DNA of 64,000 nt from Octopus sinensis (lineage: Eukaryota), in the NCBI RefSeq assembly GCF_006345805.1, contig NW_021834239.1, positions 1 to 64,000 on the forward strand, read 5' to 3'. Of the stretch, positions 1 through 12,292 are shown piece by piece. The translations under genes and the position numbers were made by a program. The first letter of the stretch is position 1; the number at the start of each line of letters is the position of its first letter. A model generated the notes under the pieces. The model was given only the letters and a program-made list of their open reading frames with translations, was not told the DNA's origin and did not search any database.

Positions 1-1319
1 CACATTTTCAAGATTAGGGATATAATAAGCGAATAGATAATTATAAGCTATCGTTCATTTTCTCTTTCGCTATGATGCTCAAACTGGAGTCTAGCTGGAT
101 TTTAATGCAATATAAAAGTAAATTTCTAAGGACTACGAGATATTCCCTCCGCCATTTTAGATTTCGGTGTCAGGTTTCTCACTGCTGTTAACCTCTCTTT
201 TCATCTGCTGATAAGCCCTTTTCCGATCCTGCTGGAACACTCTATTGATCTTACATTGTTCATTTCTTTCATCCTATCTCTTAATCTTTGTAGCTTTAGC
301 CTGCTGTCTTTGTTTCATTTGTTCAAGGACTACATTTAGCCCATTTTCTTGATCTAATATGTACATTCTAGTTCCGGATATTTCTGCTTCTTCTTGATTC
401 TATTGTATTTCTTTCTTTCCAGGATGCTGATAATGTTTCGAAGTTCGTTCATTAATTGTTTTATCCTTCTCTTCCAGCACGGCCCTTTCTCGCTAAATGT
501 CCTCTTTACTGTTTGGTTCAAGACTTATATTCCTTCTCATATAGATGACACGGGCTTTAATCAATCTATTCGTTCCAATCATATCGTCTTAATTTCCATC
601 AGTAGTTTATCAGTACTTTATTCGCCTTCCGTGTCTTAAATTCATTTGTGGAGGTGCAATGGCCCAGGGTTAGGGCAGCGGACTCGCGGTCGGAGGATCG
701 CGGTTTCGATTCCCAGACCGGGCATTGTGAGTGTTTATTGAGCGAAAACACCTAAAGCTCCTCGAGGCTCCGGCAGGGAGTGGTGGTGAACCCTGCTGTA
801 CTCTTTCACCACAACTTTCTCTCGCTCTTTCTTCCTGTTCCTGTTGTACCTGTATTTCGAAGGGCCAGCCTTGTCACACTCTGTGACACGCTGAATCTCC
901 TCGAGAAGTACGTTAAGGGTACACGTGTCTGTGGAGTGCTCAGCCACTTGGACGTTAATATCACGAGCAAGCTGTTCCGTTGATCGTATCAGCTGGGACC
1001 CTCATCGTCGCAACCGACGGAGTGCTCCTACTTAAATTCATTTCATTCTAAACCTTTGTCAATGATACCAGTAAAGTGGGAAATCCTGCGTTGGGGATCA
1101 ACCCAGAGCACTGTGGCGAGAGAAATGAGAAGACATAAGTTAATCAAAACAGCCAATGGTCAAGGTCAAACAACTGACAAGCAATCTGAGCAAATATTGA
1201 GCAGAATATTTGCTGTAGCCCATCTTTTATACCAAGACAAAACAATGTACATGATAGCATTTCCAATTCATTTAAGATCAGAAGTCACGAGAGCCACTGC
1301 CTGGTACTGTATCAGGGCA
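1..1319 (-). mobile_element. Decayed 5' portion of an R4/Dong-like non-LTR retrotransposon, interrupted by a SINE at 648-1030 and running off the window edge
   Basis: Hand translation of the minus strand of ~170-600 gives NRLIKARVIY..KGPCWKRRIKQLMNELR..GLNVVLEQMKQRQQAKATKIKR*DERNEQCKINRVFQQDRKRAYQQM. From memory this resembles the pre-RT region of R4/Dong-type ORFs. The 5' end (1319-1140) matches the 5' end of the element at 37123 and abuts an (AAT)n array. Confidence 0.6.
648..1030 (+). mobile_element. Full-length tRNA-derived SINE (head A + tail 1) with 13-bp target-site duplication
   Basis: tRNA-like head with A/B boxes (TGGCCCAGGG, GTTTCGATTCC). TSD cttaaattcattt at 635-647 and 1031-1043. 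Homologous copies at 31686-32051 and 34713-34986. Confidence 0.9.
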
Positions 1320-1356
1320 TTTATTATTATTGTTATTATTATTATTATTATTATTA

Positions 1357-1392
<36 letters not shown>

Positions 1393-1451
1393 CATCATTA
1401 TTATTATTATTATGATCATCATCATCACCATCATCAACATCATCATCATTG

Positions 1452-1492
<41 letters not shown>

Positions 1493-1541
1493 TCATCATC
1501 ATCATTATAATCATCATCATCATCATTATCATTATTATTAC

Positions 1542-1580
<39 letters not shown>
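1320..1580. repeat. Compound (ATT)n/(CAT)n microsatellite
   Basis: Directly visible trinucleotide arrays. Confidence 0.95.
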
Positions 1581-1581
1581 A

Positions 1582-1681
1582 GAGTGAGAGAGCAGTGCAT
1601 GCCATCAAAGTGACACTGGGGTAAAATATACGAAGCCCAATATACCCATCATGACTACCCGTCTGATAAGGGTACAGCAGG

Positions 1682-1682
<1 letters not shown>
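1582..1682 (-). mobile_element. ~100-bp 5'-truncated 3' end of the (AAT)n-associated element
   Basis: Reverse complement of the last ~100 bp of 37096-37656. Flanked by (ATT)n on both sides. Confidence 0.8.
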
Positions 1683-1723
<41 letters not shown>

Positions 1724-1741
1724 TATTATTATTATTATTAT

Positions 1742-1905
1742 GGTAAAGGCGGCGGGCGGCAGAATTCTTAGCACGCCGGACAAAATGCTTAGAGGCATTT
1801 CACCCGTCTTCAGGTTCTGATTTCAAATTCTGCCGAGATTAGTTTTGCCTTTCATCCTTTCGGGGTCGATATATTAAGTACCATTGAAACACTGGTGTCA
1901 AAGTA
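1742..1905 (+). mobile_element. Nin/Deu-domain SINE, partial copy
   Basis: Contains gcctttcatcctttcggggtcgata..taagtacc, resembling the conserved Deu/Nin SINE domain. Homologous to 13134-13356. Confidence 0.8.
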
Positions 1906-1989
1906 ATCGCCTAGTCCCTTTTTAAATTTTCAGGTGTTGTGCCTTTAATAGCAACGACTATTATCGTGGTTTTTGCTGCTGTTCCTTTA

Positions 1990-2006
1990 GTAGTAGTAGT
2001 CGTAGT

Positions 2007-2094
<88 letters not shown>

Positions 2095-2102
2095 GCTGCT
2101 GC

Positions 2103-2145
<43 letters not shown>

Positions 2146-2146
2146 G
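1990..2146. repeat. (GTA)n/(GCA)n/(GTT)n microsatellite
   Basis: Directly visible. Confidence 0.95.
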
Positions 2147-2189
2147 AGCACTGGCGTCGATGTACTCCACGGTTACGTCCCAGAAAATT

Positions 2190-2383
2190 GTTGAAAAGAA
2201 GAAAGACATGCACCCAACACCAGAGCTGAAGACACCTCCGAAAGGAGTGGGCCCGCCACGTCTAAACGGTAGAGGAGTAGGGGCCGAAACCGGACGTGAT
2301 TCTTCCTGATGATGTCTTGAGCTAAGTGGATCCTATAAAGGAGCTGTTGTGGCAGCAGACCACGAAACACGGTTGAAAATCCT
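2190..2383 (+). mobile_element. Dispersed repeat with two CTGANGA...GAAAC hammerhead-like motif pairs
   Basis: Near-identical copy on the minus strand at ~49270-49420, which lacks ~45 bp. CTGAAGA at 2226, GAAAC at 2286, CTGATGA at 2306, GAAAC at 2364. Confidence 0.65.
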
Positions 2384-3084
2384 AGGATGTGATGCGTATT
2401 TTCTCAGCTTCTTTTTTTGGGAGGAATACCTCATATATTAGTGGACTATTAGAAAAAATACCCAGCTATACTTCCTTGAATATGAGCAGATTTCAATACG
2501 ACAATAGTACTGCTTTGCTTTATTATAATACTATTCGAAATACAAATCATTATAAGTAAATAACAAATATGCGAAAAGTTCATTAAAATGATGAATTGCG
2601 GTTAGATATTTCTTTGTCATATTGTGTCTGCTCTCGCTCGCTTGAAATATGTTACTGTCGACAATAATTCTCAGTCCTTGTAAGAACCTGTCTTGTCGTC
2701 CACATGTTAAAATTATTTCAGCTGTTTGTTTGCAGTGAATTGCTAAAAATGTATCAACTCTCTTATTTAAATCTAAATCCTACAATGTTGACTGAATGGA
2801 GAATTCCGAAATAGACGACAACGCGTCAATTTTTGTGGATTTCGTTTATCAAAAATGTTAAGATATTTGATCGATATTTCGTATGATATTTAATTAAAGT
2901 GCATTCAATTTATTTTTAAGAGCATTCACCTATGATCCTAATGAACATAAAGAAGAAGGTTAGGTGTGGCTTTTGTGATTAGTATTAAATCTAATGCTAA
3001 CAAATATAATAAGCACGAAGTAGCGAGGAAAACAATTTTAATTCATTAAATTTTTCACTCCTGATGATGATTAAAATTAATTGG

Positions 3085-3205
3085 CATAGCTGAGTGGTAA
3101 GAAATTGCTTCTAAACCACACTGTTCCGGGTTCAGTCCCACTGCGTGAGATCTTGAGCAAGTGTTTTCTACTATAGTCTCGTGCCGACCAAGGCCTTGGT
3201 AAACA
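3085..3205 (+). mobile_element. Head of tRNA-derived SINE (family of 33396-33890)
   Basis: Contains gttccgggttcagtcccactgcgtg..cttgagcaagtg..ctactatag, matching the full copy. Confidence 0.7.
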
Positions 3206-3803
3206 AATCGGTAACCAGCGCGACATATATTGTCTTCGATTTATCTCTCTTCTCCCTCAGTTCGCCTTAACGGGTCTCCTACGCATTTTGCTATAGTACA
3301 TCGCCACCAGACTACCCTGTAGTGTCACTCCGATACTCATCTTGATTTTGACCACATAGTCCAAGACCCTATTCTTCTTTCCTGAACTGCAAGCACAATG
3401 GGTGTCACTTCCAATAGACAGTTATTTCATTTCTTCAGAGACCCAAGCTTATAAATTTGCTGCTCATTCTCGAGACGCAACTTGTCTAAGTCTTTTTTCA
3501 TAACATCAACCAGTTCCACATTGAGTATCGCCTCCTTCTTTGTAACCTACAGTTTCTCCTGCAACAATGAAATCATTACACACCCGCATTGTAGCTGACC
3601 CTACATTAAAGTAATGGTAAGAGAATTAACTTTGCATTCGTTGCATTGGTGTCTGTTCTATCACTACTGCTCATATCCTTCAGAAAGCGAATTTTAGATA
3701 TCGAACGTAATAAACTTGTGTTATTCCAACCTATAAATCGTCACTTCAGTTCTCTCCATCACTCTTATATATGTGTGTGTGTGTGAGTGTGTGTGTGTGT
3801 GTG

Positions 3804-3849
<46 letters not shown>

Positions 3850-4794
3850 TGTGTGTATCCACTATATATATGTACATATATCCAATATTAAAGATGAATG
3901 TAACTATGCCAAAAAAAACGACGTTGTCTTACAACCACAGAACAACGGCTTCAGCTTTCTCCATGAACAATAACTAATGTTCCTGTCACACACAACTCAT
4001 ACAACTGGAACTAATAATCGTTTTCAGTGTATTAAGTAACATCTGCTTCTTCGTCATACGCAAAACACATCGATAAAGATTTTACGGCGCGCGCAAACAT
4101 ATGTATATATGTTTACTGCACAGGAATACAATTAACGACACACACACAATCAAGAAGTAATAAACCTGTCCCATTTCAGTTTTATTACTTCATTGTAAAC
4201 CCTGGTTCCATTAATGCAACAGGATATGTAACAAGATACTTCGTTCCAAACCCTTAAACTGTTTTTAATACTTTTTACTTGGGGTATTTCTATAATTATT
4301 TCGGGGCAAGGATCTGTGGTTGTGGCGATCTATTTTCCCGTTTACTTTTTGGTTTCAGTTATACGGTAGCAACCACATGAGGAGAGTGAAAATTAAGCAG
4401 GAGTGAATTAGAAAATTCTAGTAAATTATATATCACCTGCTTAACGGGTAATTAAAGAGTATGAGAGTTGCTCCCTGGATAGATTTCGAATTCGATCAAT
4501 TATCTTTGGTATCTTTGGATTTCTCTTAATGGAAAGTAAGAAGTGGTTTTCAATGAAATATCACTGTTCATTCTATCTTGTAGACGGACGAAGTGTATGT
4601 CCATTCAATGGGTGAACAATATCAGGCTGAGAGCACACTCCCTAATAAATTTGCCTTATTTTAACTCACCTTCCACATGAAAATTTAATGATTCTGTAAA
4701 TGCATCAGCAGCAGAAATAGAAGCAGCCGTTTTAATTTGATTAATTTATTTATGTACTTTATTTGCAAATCTCTATTTGCAAAAAAAAAGGAGG

Positions 4795-5065
4795 CAAGGG
4801 GGAGTTTGGGGAAGATGTGCGGGGTGGAGGGGTTGAACTGTAGTCGCCGGAAGGCTCGCTGAATGGTGCGTTGGAGGGGCAGGGTAGAGGGTGGTAGGTG
4901 AGGGGACCGGGAGACGGGCAACGGCGAGGATGGTGAGGAGAGAAAGAGCAAAGGCACTGTCGAATGATCGTGCCCTGATAAGGGCAGTGTAGATAATGGG
5001 GAGGGGATATCCACGAAGGGTGAAGTGGTGAGCCATGAGTTGAGACTGAGACCCATCAGTGGAGG
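4795..5065 (-). mobile_element. Penelope-like element fragment (RT C-terminal/linker region)
   Basis: Two overlapping frames read SQLMAHHFTLRGYPLPIIYTALIRAR and TLPLQRTIQRAFRRLQFNPSTPHIFPKLPL, resembling the PLE RGYP thumb and linker motifs. Confidence 0.6.
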
Positions 5066-5744
5066 AATAGAAAGTTAAGCGCGGACATGTTTCCTCCAAC
5101 TAAAGGGACGTAATTCAAAGAATACATAGCGGTTTGAGTGGAGCTCTGGGGAACTTTTGTCCTTTTACTAATGGAAAGATCGTTGTGCCATACCATATTA
5201 GGACATAAATTTAAATAACGAATAAACAAAGAAATTGAAATAATGAATCACCATTAATAAACAATTACATCGATGAGTTGATTTACAGAATCAACGTAAT
5301 TAAAATAAATTACAGAGCAAATTTGAAAGAATGAATAAAGGTTAATTAAAATTTACGCAGAGAAGGTGAAATAGCGATTAAGCATTAATTAAAATTTACA
5401 TAGAGAAGTCGAAATTATGAATCAACATGAATAAACAATGACATGGAGGAGTTAAAGTAATGAATCAACTTAAATCGAACACAATACGAACAGGGACGCA
5501 AAAAAGCAAATGATGCCATTTTCCTGAATAAGTGTAGTTGATTGAGTACGAAATTAATGAGTACAGTAACGCGTATTCAATTAACGTAAATTCACCTTTG
5601 TTCGTTAAAACATACATACAATGACTAGGAGTATAGTTAACCAAATCAGTTCAAGCTAAAGAACTAATTGCATTACGTCACATACTTATAAATACGTAGC
5701 AACAACTACTAGAATTAAGTCATTTTAAAATGTTGAAATATATT

Positions 5745-6026
5745 GCTATTCACATTATTTACATTATTTACATTTCACGGATATCTGTCCTCATCTTGTT
5801 TGTTGTTAACACAACTTTTCGGCTGATATACCCTTCAGCGTTCATCAAGTGTCTTGGGGAAATTTAGAACCTGGGTTTTCATTCCTAAGGTATTTTTCGA
5901 TGTTGCTGTTATTATTATTATTATTGTTATTATTATTATTATTATTATTTAAGTCACTACTTGGAATCCAACTCGGAATTCGGGGGTTAGTAACCCGCGC
6001 TCTTAACCTTTATGCCATATGCCCGC
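5745..6026 (-). mobile_element. Short element: tRNA-like head + (AAT)n spacer + body with degenerate hammerhead
   Basis: Head 6026-5955 has A-box-like TGGCATAAAGG and B-box-like GTTGGATTCC. Body 5900-5745 is the reverse complement of 31154-31311. HHR-like motif at 5809-5852. Confidence 0.7.
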
Positions 6027-6301
6027 AGACATATATTGCTGTTATGTGTGATAAAAAGCTTGCTTCTCAATCACATGGACCCAAGTGTCCTTAGTGTCCG
6101 CTACTCTACCCGTTTGGTAGAGGGAAATTGAAAGACGCCCGCCGTGTGTGTATGTATATGTGTTTGTTTCTGTGTGAGTGAGTGTGTGTATATGTGTGTG
6201 TGTGCTTTCGGGTATGTGTTTATGGCCCCTCCACCCACCTATCGCTTGACAACGGGTGTTAGTTTCTTTTACGTTTCCGTAATTTAGCGGTTTGGTCCAA
6301 T

Positions 6302-6567
6302 AAAATAAAAATTAATGAATGCACCCTTTTAAAGCCTAGCCAGGCTCATGGGCCCGGTTTCCCGGTTTCAATGGCGTATGTGTTCTCCTGATGGACGGGA
6401 CGCCAGTCCATCGCAGCGTTACTCATTTTTGCCAGCTGAGGGGACTGGAGCAACGTGAAATGAAGTGTTTTGCTTAAGAACAAAATGCATCACCCGGTCT
6501 AGGAATCGAAACCACAACTTTACGTTCAGGATTCTGACACCCTAACCGCCAAGCCACGCGCCTCCAC
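6302..6567 (-). mobile_element. tRNA-derived SINE (head B + tail 2) nested in an older plus-strand SINE (~6040-6600)
   Basis: Head resembles 30020 and tail resembles 25570-25670. Apparent TSD ggtccaat at 6294-6301 and 6571-6578. The host SINE sequence resumes after it. Confidence 0.8.
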
Positions 6568-7492
6568 TTCGGTCCAATTAACCGATAGAAGTTACCAAAA
6601 CTTTAAAACAAAAAAATTATAATTTCTGACGTCAATTCACTCGACTAAACATCTTTCAAGGCGATACTCCAGCATGGTCGCAATCTAATGACTGAAACAT
6701 GAGATAGATAAGAGATACAATGTTTAACAGATTTATTAAATATTAAGTGAATCTCTCGTGACATTTGTATTCCATATATTGCTACAACGATAATCCTAGA
6801 ATAATTTCTACTACGACTGCAACTCACTCACTGGATAAGTAACAAATAAGAAATAAGCAAAGATACTACTTGGTGGCTAGAGGCATTCTGGAATAAGATT
6901 TAAATTACTTGATTCTTCGTGATATTTTTCTAATGTTTCCAAGATGGCTTGAACAGTAAAAACACAAACAAAAAGCTATTTTGAGCAAAATGAACGGAAT
7001 TTCATAATTTTTGCGGCTTCCTTTCAATTTCAGTATCAATATAATTTTGAGTAAGCATTGCATGTAGTCATAGATCATCATTACACACACAACACACACA
7101 CACACACACACACATGCACACAACTAACGCACATGCACACAACTAACGCACATGCACACACACACACATGCACACACGCACACAAACACACATACACACA
7201 CATGCACACACAAACACATACACACACGCACACCACACAGACGTGCATATCCACACACATACACATATACATACACACGCCCACAAACACACATATATAT
7301 ATATATAAAGGTAAATTTCCAAAATTGGTTAATAGCGATATATAATCCTAGCGGATACCGTGCTCGCTCTTATCGGTACTGGCTAACCTCAGTAAATATT
7401 ACTGGTTTTGCTATATTCGGTATATCCTCACCTTGGTGTATCCAAATATCTTTATACAGACTGCATAGTATCGGTAGATGAGAAATAGTAAG

Positions 7493-7860
7493 TTAATAAA
7501 TATCAGGAGAATAGAGATTTACATACCCAGGCTTTATTATAGAGTTAATCATATATTTCTTCGTCAGTACCGACACTTGTTTCCGCTGCAAACCGGTGCA
7601 CTCTGCAAGTTATTCCTCCTGGTGTACATCTTGTTGTTAATTCCCGGCGTTGCTTTATCAGGGCAAAATTTAACATTTCAGATGCCATCTGAGCAGATGA
7701 AGAAGTATCGTTAGTTAACACTACGATAGACACCAAGAAACATAATTTTCAATGTGCATCGGCTAGCAGCGGAAACAACTGTAGGTACTGACAAAGAAAG
7801 ATGTTATTAACTGCATAATAAAACCTGGATGTGTAAATATGTTCTCGTGATATTTATTAA
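7493..7860. repeat. Diverged inverted repeat (arms 7493-7601 and 7754-7860, ~150-bp spacer)
   Basis: cttcgtcagtaccgacacttgtttccgctgc versus reverse complement ctttgtcagtacctacagttgtttccgctgc. Similarity extends over ~108 bp. Confidence 0.8.
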
Positions 7861-7999
7861 TATAGACAGATAGAGCCGAAGTAAATAGACACCCAATAAA
7901 ACCTTTTTCTAAGCTTATTTTAACTTGAAAAGATTCATATTTTCTAGTAATTGATAGTTTTAAGTTTCAGGTTCTATAGATGACAGTTTAATAACGCCA

Positions 8000-8150
8000 T
8001 ATACAAAAGACGCTTTGGAACTGTCTGAATTTCAAAGAGGCAGTACACTAATAAAGGGGCCGTACTGTAAAACTGCAGAAAACCTTGAGATCCTGCTTTC
8101 TACAGTTAATAGAGTGATTGTGCTAATCATGAGAGAGTGCAAAGAGTCCA
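8000..8150 (+). mobile_element. Possible Tc1 transposase N-terminal remnant
   Basis: Translates ELSEFQRG..AENLEILLSTVNRVI, resembling Tc1 helix-turn-helix starts. Confidence 0.35.
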
Positions 8151-8295
8151 CATCAACTAACCCGGGTTGACCAGGGCCCCGTGACAGGGCCGTTCACTTT
8201 ATCAAGATATTTGCCCAAGGTACCGCGCAATGGGACTGAACACGGAACCACATGGTTGGATAGGAAGATTCTTACATCACAGCCACTGCTGTGAA

Positions 8296-8556
8296 TAGTA
8301 AAAAAAATGGTAAAAATTTCAATTCCTTGAATGACGTATTCCAATGACGAATTCTTTGCCATGAATTCTTTGATGAATTCTTTGCCATGAAACCACCTCA
8401 ATTCTGGGAAGAGGGTATTTTCAAGTTAAAGGAAAGATGGAGACGCATTGTGCAACAAAATGGTTCATATTTGGTTGATTAAAATTTTAATGGCAAGTAT
8501 CTCTTGACCTTTTTCTTTCCTCTAAAAATCGGCACGAATTTTCCGGGCAACCCAAT
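8296..8556 (+). mobile_element. mariner transposon 3' fragment with right TIR
   Basis: Reads NGKNFNSLNDV..FFAMKPPQFWEEGIFKLKERWRRIVQQNGSYLVD*, followed by TIR ..ggcacgaattttccgggcaacccaata and then TA. Confidence 0.8.
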
Positions 8557-8629
8557 ATATATATACATATATATACATATATATACACACATATATATAT
8601 ATATATATATATAATATATATGTGTATAT

Positions 8630-8679
<50 letters not shown>

Positions 8680-9026
8680 TAAAAAACGGTAAGATAACAA
8701 AAGAAAGAAAGAGACCTCAATATTAAGTAAATAGAGGGAATTTATCTATAAAATAATGTGTTACAATTACTCAATAGTCAACATAAAACTCTAAGTTTCA
8801 GATGCCGAAGTGGAAATCCACAACACCATCTCTTCGGTTATCTGGCTTTATATATATATATATATACAGAGAGAGAGAGAGAGAGAGAGAGAAAGATATA
8901 TCCATACATACATATATATATATAATTCAAAATAAGAAAGTGGAGAAATACATCTAAATCAAATATCAATTACCAGATAATACTCAATCACATACTTTAT
9001 TAAACCACCACATAAGAAACTATATT

Positions 9027-9068
<42 letters not shown>

Positions 9069-9569
9069 CACCCACACGCGTGTGTGTGTGTGTGTGTGTG
9101 TGTTTAGATATATATGTGTGTGATGTGGAGACTGCGCACTAAAGCATTGAAGATGTGTTTTAATCTCATTTCCACTACAGTCTGTCTGTTTACTCCTCCA
9201 GAATTCCATCTTATTTTATCGACGGTGTTAACGTCGTTTCCATTCGTTCCCAAATTCACTTAGTTCGTAATCAAATGCTAAATTGACTACGTCGTTTGTT
9301 TTTATTTGAAAATCATCAACAAGCGACAGACACATTATACATACACGGCTTATATTTGTTTTGTTGTTATTGTTAGTGATGAATATGATCCGGCAGATGG
9401 CGTTGTTGTTGTATATATTGTTGTAGCTTTCGTCGGTAATGTTGTTTAATGATGTTAATGTTGTTGTTGTTGTTGTTGTTGTTGTCAATACAAATTATTA
9501 TTAATTTTGTTTGTTTTTATTTCAAAATACCTGATGCTGGTGTTCGTGTTCCTGCACTTCGTAATCTTC

Positions 9570-10494
9570 ATATCATTATCCTCATCAGTCTCATTATTAT
9601 TATCATCATCATCATCATCATCATCATCATCGTCTTCACCGTCATCATCATCATCGTCTTCACCGTCATCATCATCATCGTCTTCACCGTCATCATCATC
9701 ATCATCATCATCCTCATCAGTCTCATTATCCTCCTCCTTCTCATCATCATCATCGTCGTCGTCGTCTTCATCGCCATCATCATCATCCTAACCCATCATC
9801 CTAACCATAACCCTTTCCCTCATCATCATCGTTATCAACATCGTTATAATCGTCATCGTTACACCACCACCACCCCACCACCACCATCAAGATCATCATC
9901 ATCATCATCATCATCATAACCATCATCATCATCATCATCATCATCATCGTCATCATCATCACCATCGCAATCATCATCATCGTCATCATCATCATCGTCG
10001 TCGTCTTCGTCGTCTTCATTGTCATCATCGTCATTCTAATCATCATTAACATCATCATCATCATTATCAAGATCGTTATAATCGTCATAATCGTCATCGT
10101 TATACCACCGCCAGCACCATCATCATCATCAACATCATCATCATCATCATCATCATCATCAACATCGTCGTCGTCGTCATCATCATCATCATCATCGTCA
10201 TCATCGTCGTCGTCGTCATCATCATCATCATCATCATCATTGTCGTCGTCGTAGTAGTCGCCGTCACCACCACCATTAACATCGCTGTCGTTGCCATCAT
10301 GACGATGTGACGATAATGAGTTTGAGGATGAAACCGTCGAGGTCATATCTATCTCCATCATTCATCATTAACATTTCTCGATCTACGTTTTCTCTTCAAA
10401 TTTCAAATTTCTTGGTACCAATACCACCAACATCCTCGTCTTCATCCTAAATAATAGCAATGGTAGTAGTAGTAGTAGTAGTAGCAGTAGCAGT

Positions 10495-10546
<52 letters not shown>

Positions 10547-10730
10547 CTAGTAGTAGTTTTTATGTTGTTTTTGCTTTTATAATCATTCTCACCCTCATTT
10601 CAACGTTTCAAAATCATCATCATCGTCATGATCATCATCATCGTCGCGTTCATCACCATCATTATCGTCTTCATCATTATCACTACCATCATCACCATCA
10701 TCACCATCATCATCATCATCATAATCATCA

Positions 10731-10789
<59 letters not shown>

Positions 10790-10830
10790 TTTATTATCAC
10801 TATTATCAGTATTAGTATTACTATTATTAT
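9570..10830. repeat. Large compound (CAT)n/(CGT)n/(GTA)n/(GCA)n/(ATT)n microsatellite cluster
   Basis: Directly visible. Explains the poly-I/M/D/S ORFs. Confidence 0.95.
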
Positions 10831-12292
10831 TAAGACTGTAAGAAGTGGAACACGAAGGAATATATTATGTAGTTCAAGAAAGTATTTTCACCTTCAGATT
10901 TTGCTTGGTAACTGAGGGCCAAGAAATGTAAAGGAAATAAATGCCATTTAAAATTGATTGGATTGGAGAATTGATTCCTGATACTGGTATCGATGGACAC
11001 GGATTATAGCTGCTTTTGGAAATTAATTTAAGGCATGAAGTGAAAAGAATAGAAGATAGCGTAGCAGGAAGGAGTGGAAGCAAACACGGGAGAAAATATA
11101 ATGAACATTAAAGGAAAGGAAAACTCAAAAACTGGAATTAAAGAAAATGGTGTAATAAAAGAAGGAATGAATCTGAAGAAAGGTGAAATCAAGGGAAATA
11201 AATAAAATGAGAAATTTAAGATGAAAAGAATAATCAAAAATCTGAAATGAAAGAACGAGTGAAGCAGGGAATAGAGGATATAAGGAGAGAAGGAAAATTA
11301 TAAAATAAAGATGGAGAGAATAGAAGTGAAACAATTTAATGTAAAAAATATGTAAGAATTAGTTGAGTTAAAATAAGGTAGAAAGAACGGTTGCATGAAG
11401 AAGACGACTGAAGTGGAAAAGAAAATTGAGAGGAAAGAACGTCGAATAGAGAGAGACGAAAATTGTTCAATTCAAAGCAAGAAAAACAAAAAAATTATAA
11501 GAGACAAGAAAAACATGTGAAAAGGAATATATTGCATGCTTCAATTCAGTTTATGTTACGTGCGCAAAGATTTATTTTGATTGGGAAAAAGAAGTCATGG
11601 AGATGTTTTAAAGGAAACCGAAAATAAGGTTAAAGAAAATGTAGGTGAAAAATAAAATAATGGAGAGTGAAATGTGGATTTCAGCTCTGGGGATATATTA
11701 AGTTTAAATTTTATGGGTTTCCTTCTTTCACACTCTCCTATCAAAAAATCAATATTAATATCCGTCAGGTAATCTTGGCTTTCTCTCATTATATTGATAT
11801 ATTGATATAATATGGCACGACTTACAACAGCCCACCACACACTATTTCAATGGATATTTCACTGATCTTAATTTTTACCCGTCAATTGTAAAATATAATA
11901 TAAGAACGATAATTTCATTTATCGGTGATAGGTATGTTATTCTCTATGAAAATCTATTTGCGTATATCAATCAGTATAAAACCTTGTATTGTTAGTGTTT
12001 CGTACTCCTGTTACAGCAGCAAATACCGAAAGGACCTTGTTTGATAATGAGGTCCGAGTATAGCTGAAAGTAGCCTGTCTCTGTCGCATAAACTAGGTGG
12101 ACATATTACTAACATATAGTAACAAGAATGAAAACAATTAGCAAATATCAAAATGCGGCCGTGTGACCCTCGTTGATTTGAGGTCATGACGATGGTCTGC
12201 AGCTACAGATCAATAAAAGCAAAAACCACGGGAAAAAGCACGAACAACGTCGAAACATCATTGAATGCACGCACACACACATACATACACAC

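Noticed and set aside
735-983. ORFs repeated at 735/780, 31727 and 34700
   Set aside because: They are chance frames inside copies of one SINE.
1260-1319. HDV-like ribozyme at the 5' end of the R4/Dong-like element
   Set aside because: It is expected from clade knowledge, but I could not trace the nested double pseudoknot by eye.
3210-3650. Possible decayed RTE 3' end on the minus strand
   Set aside because: Only a faint resemblance (DVMKKDLDKLRL), too eroded to call.
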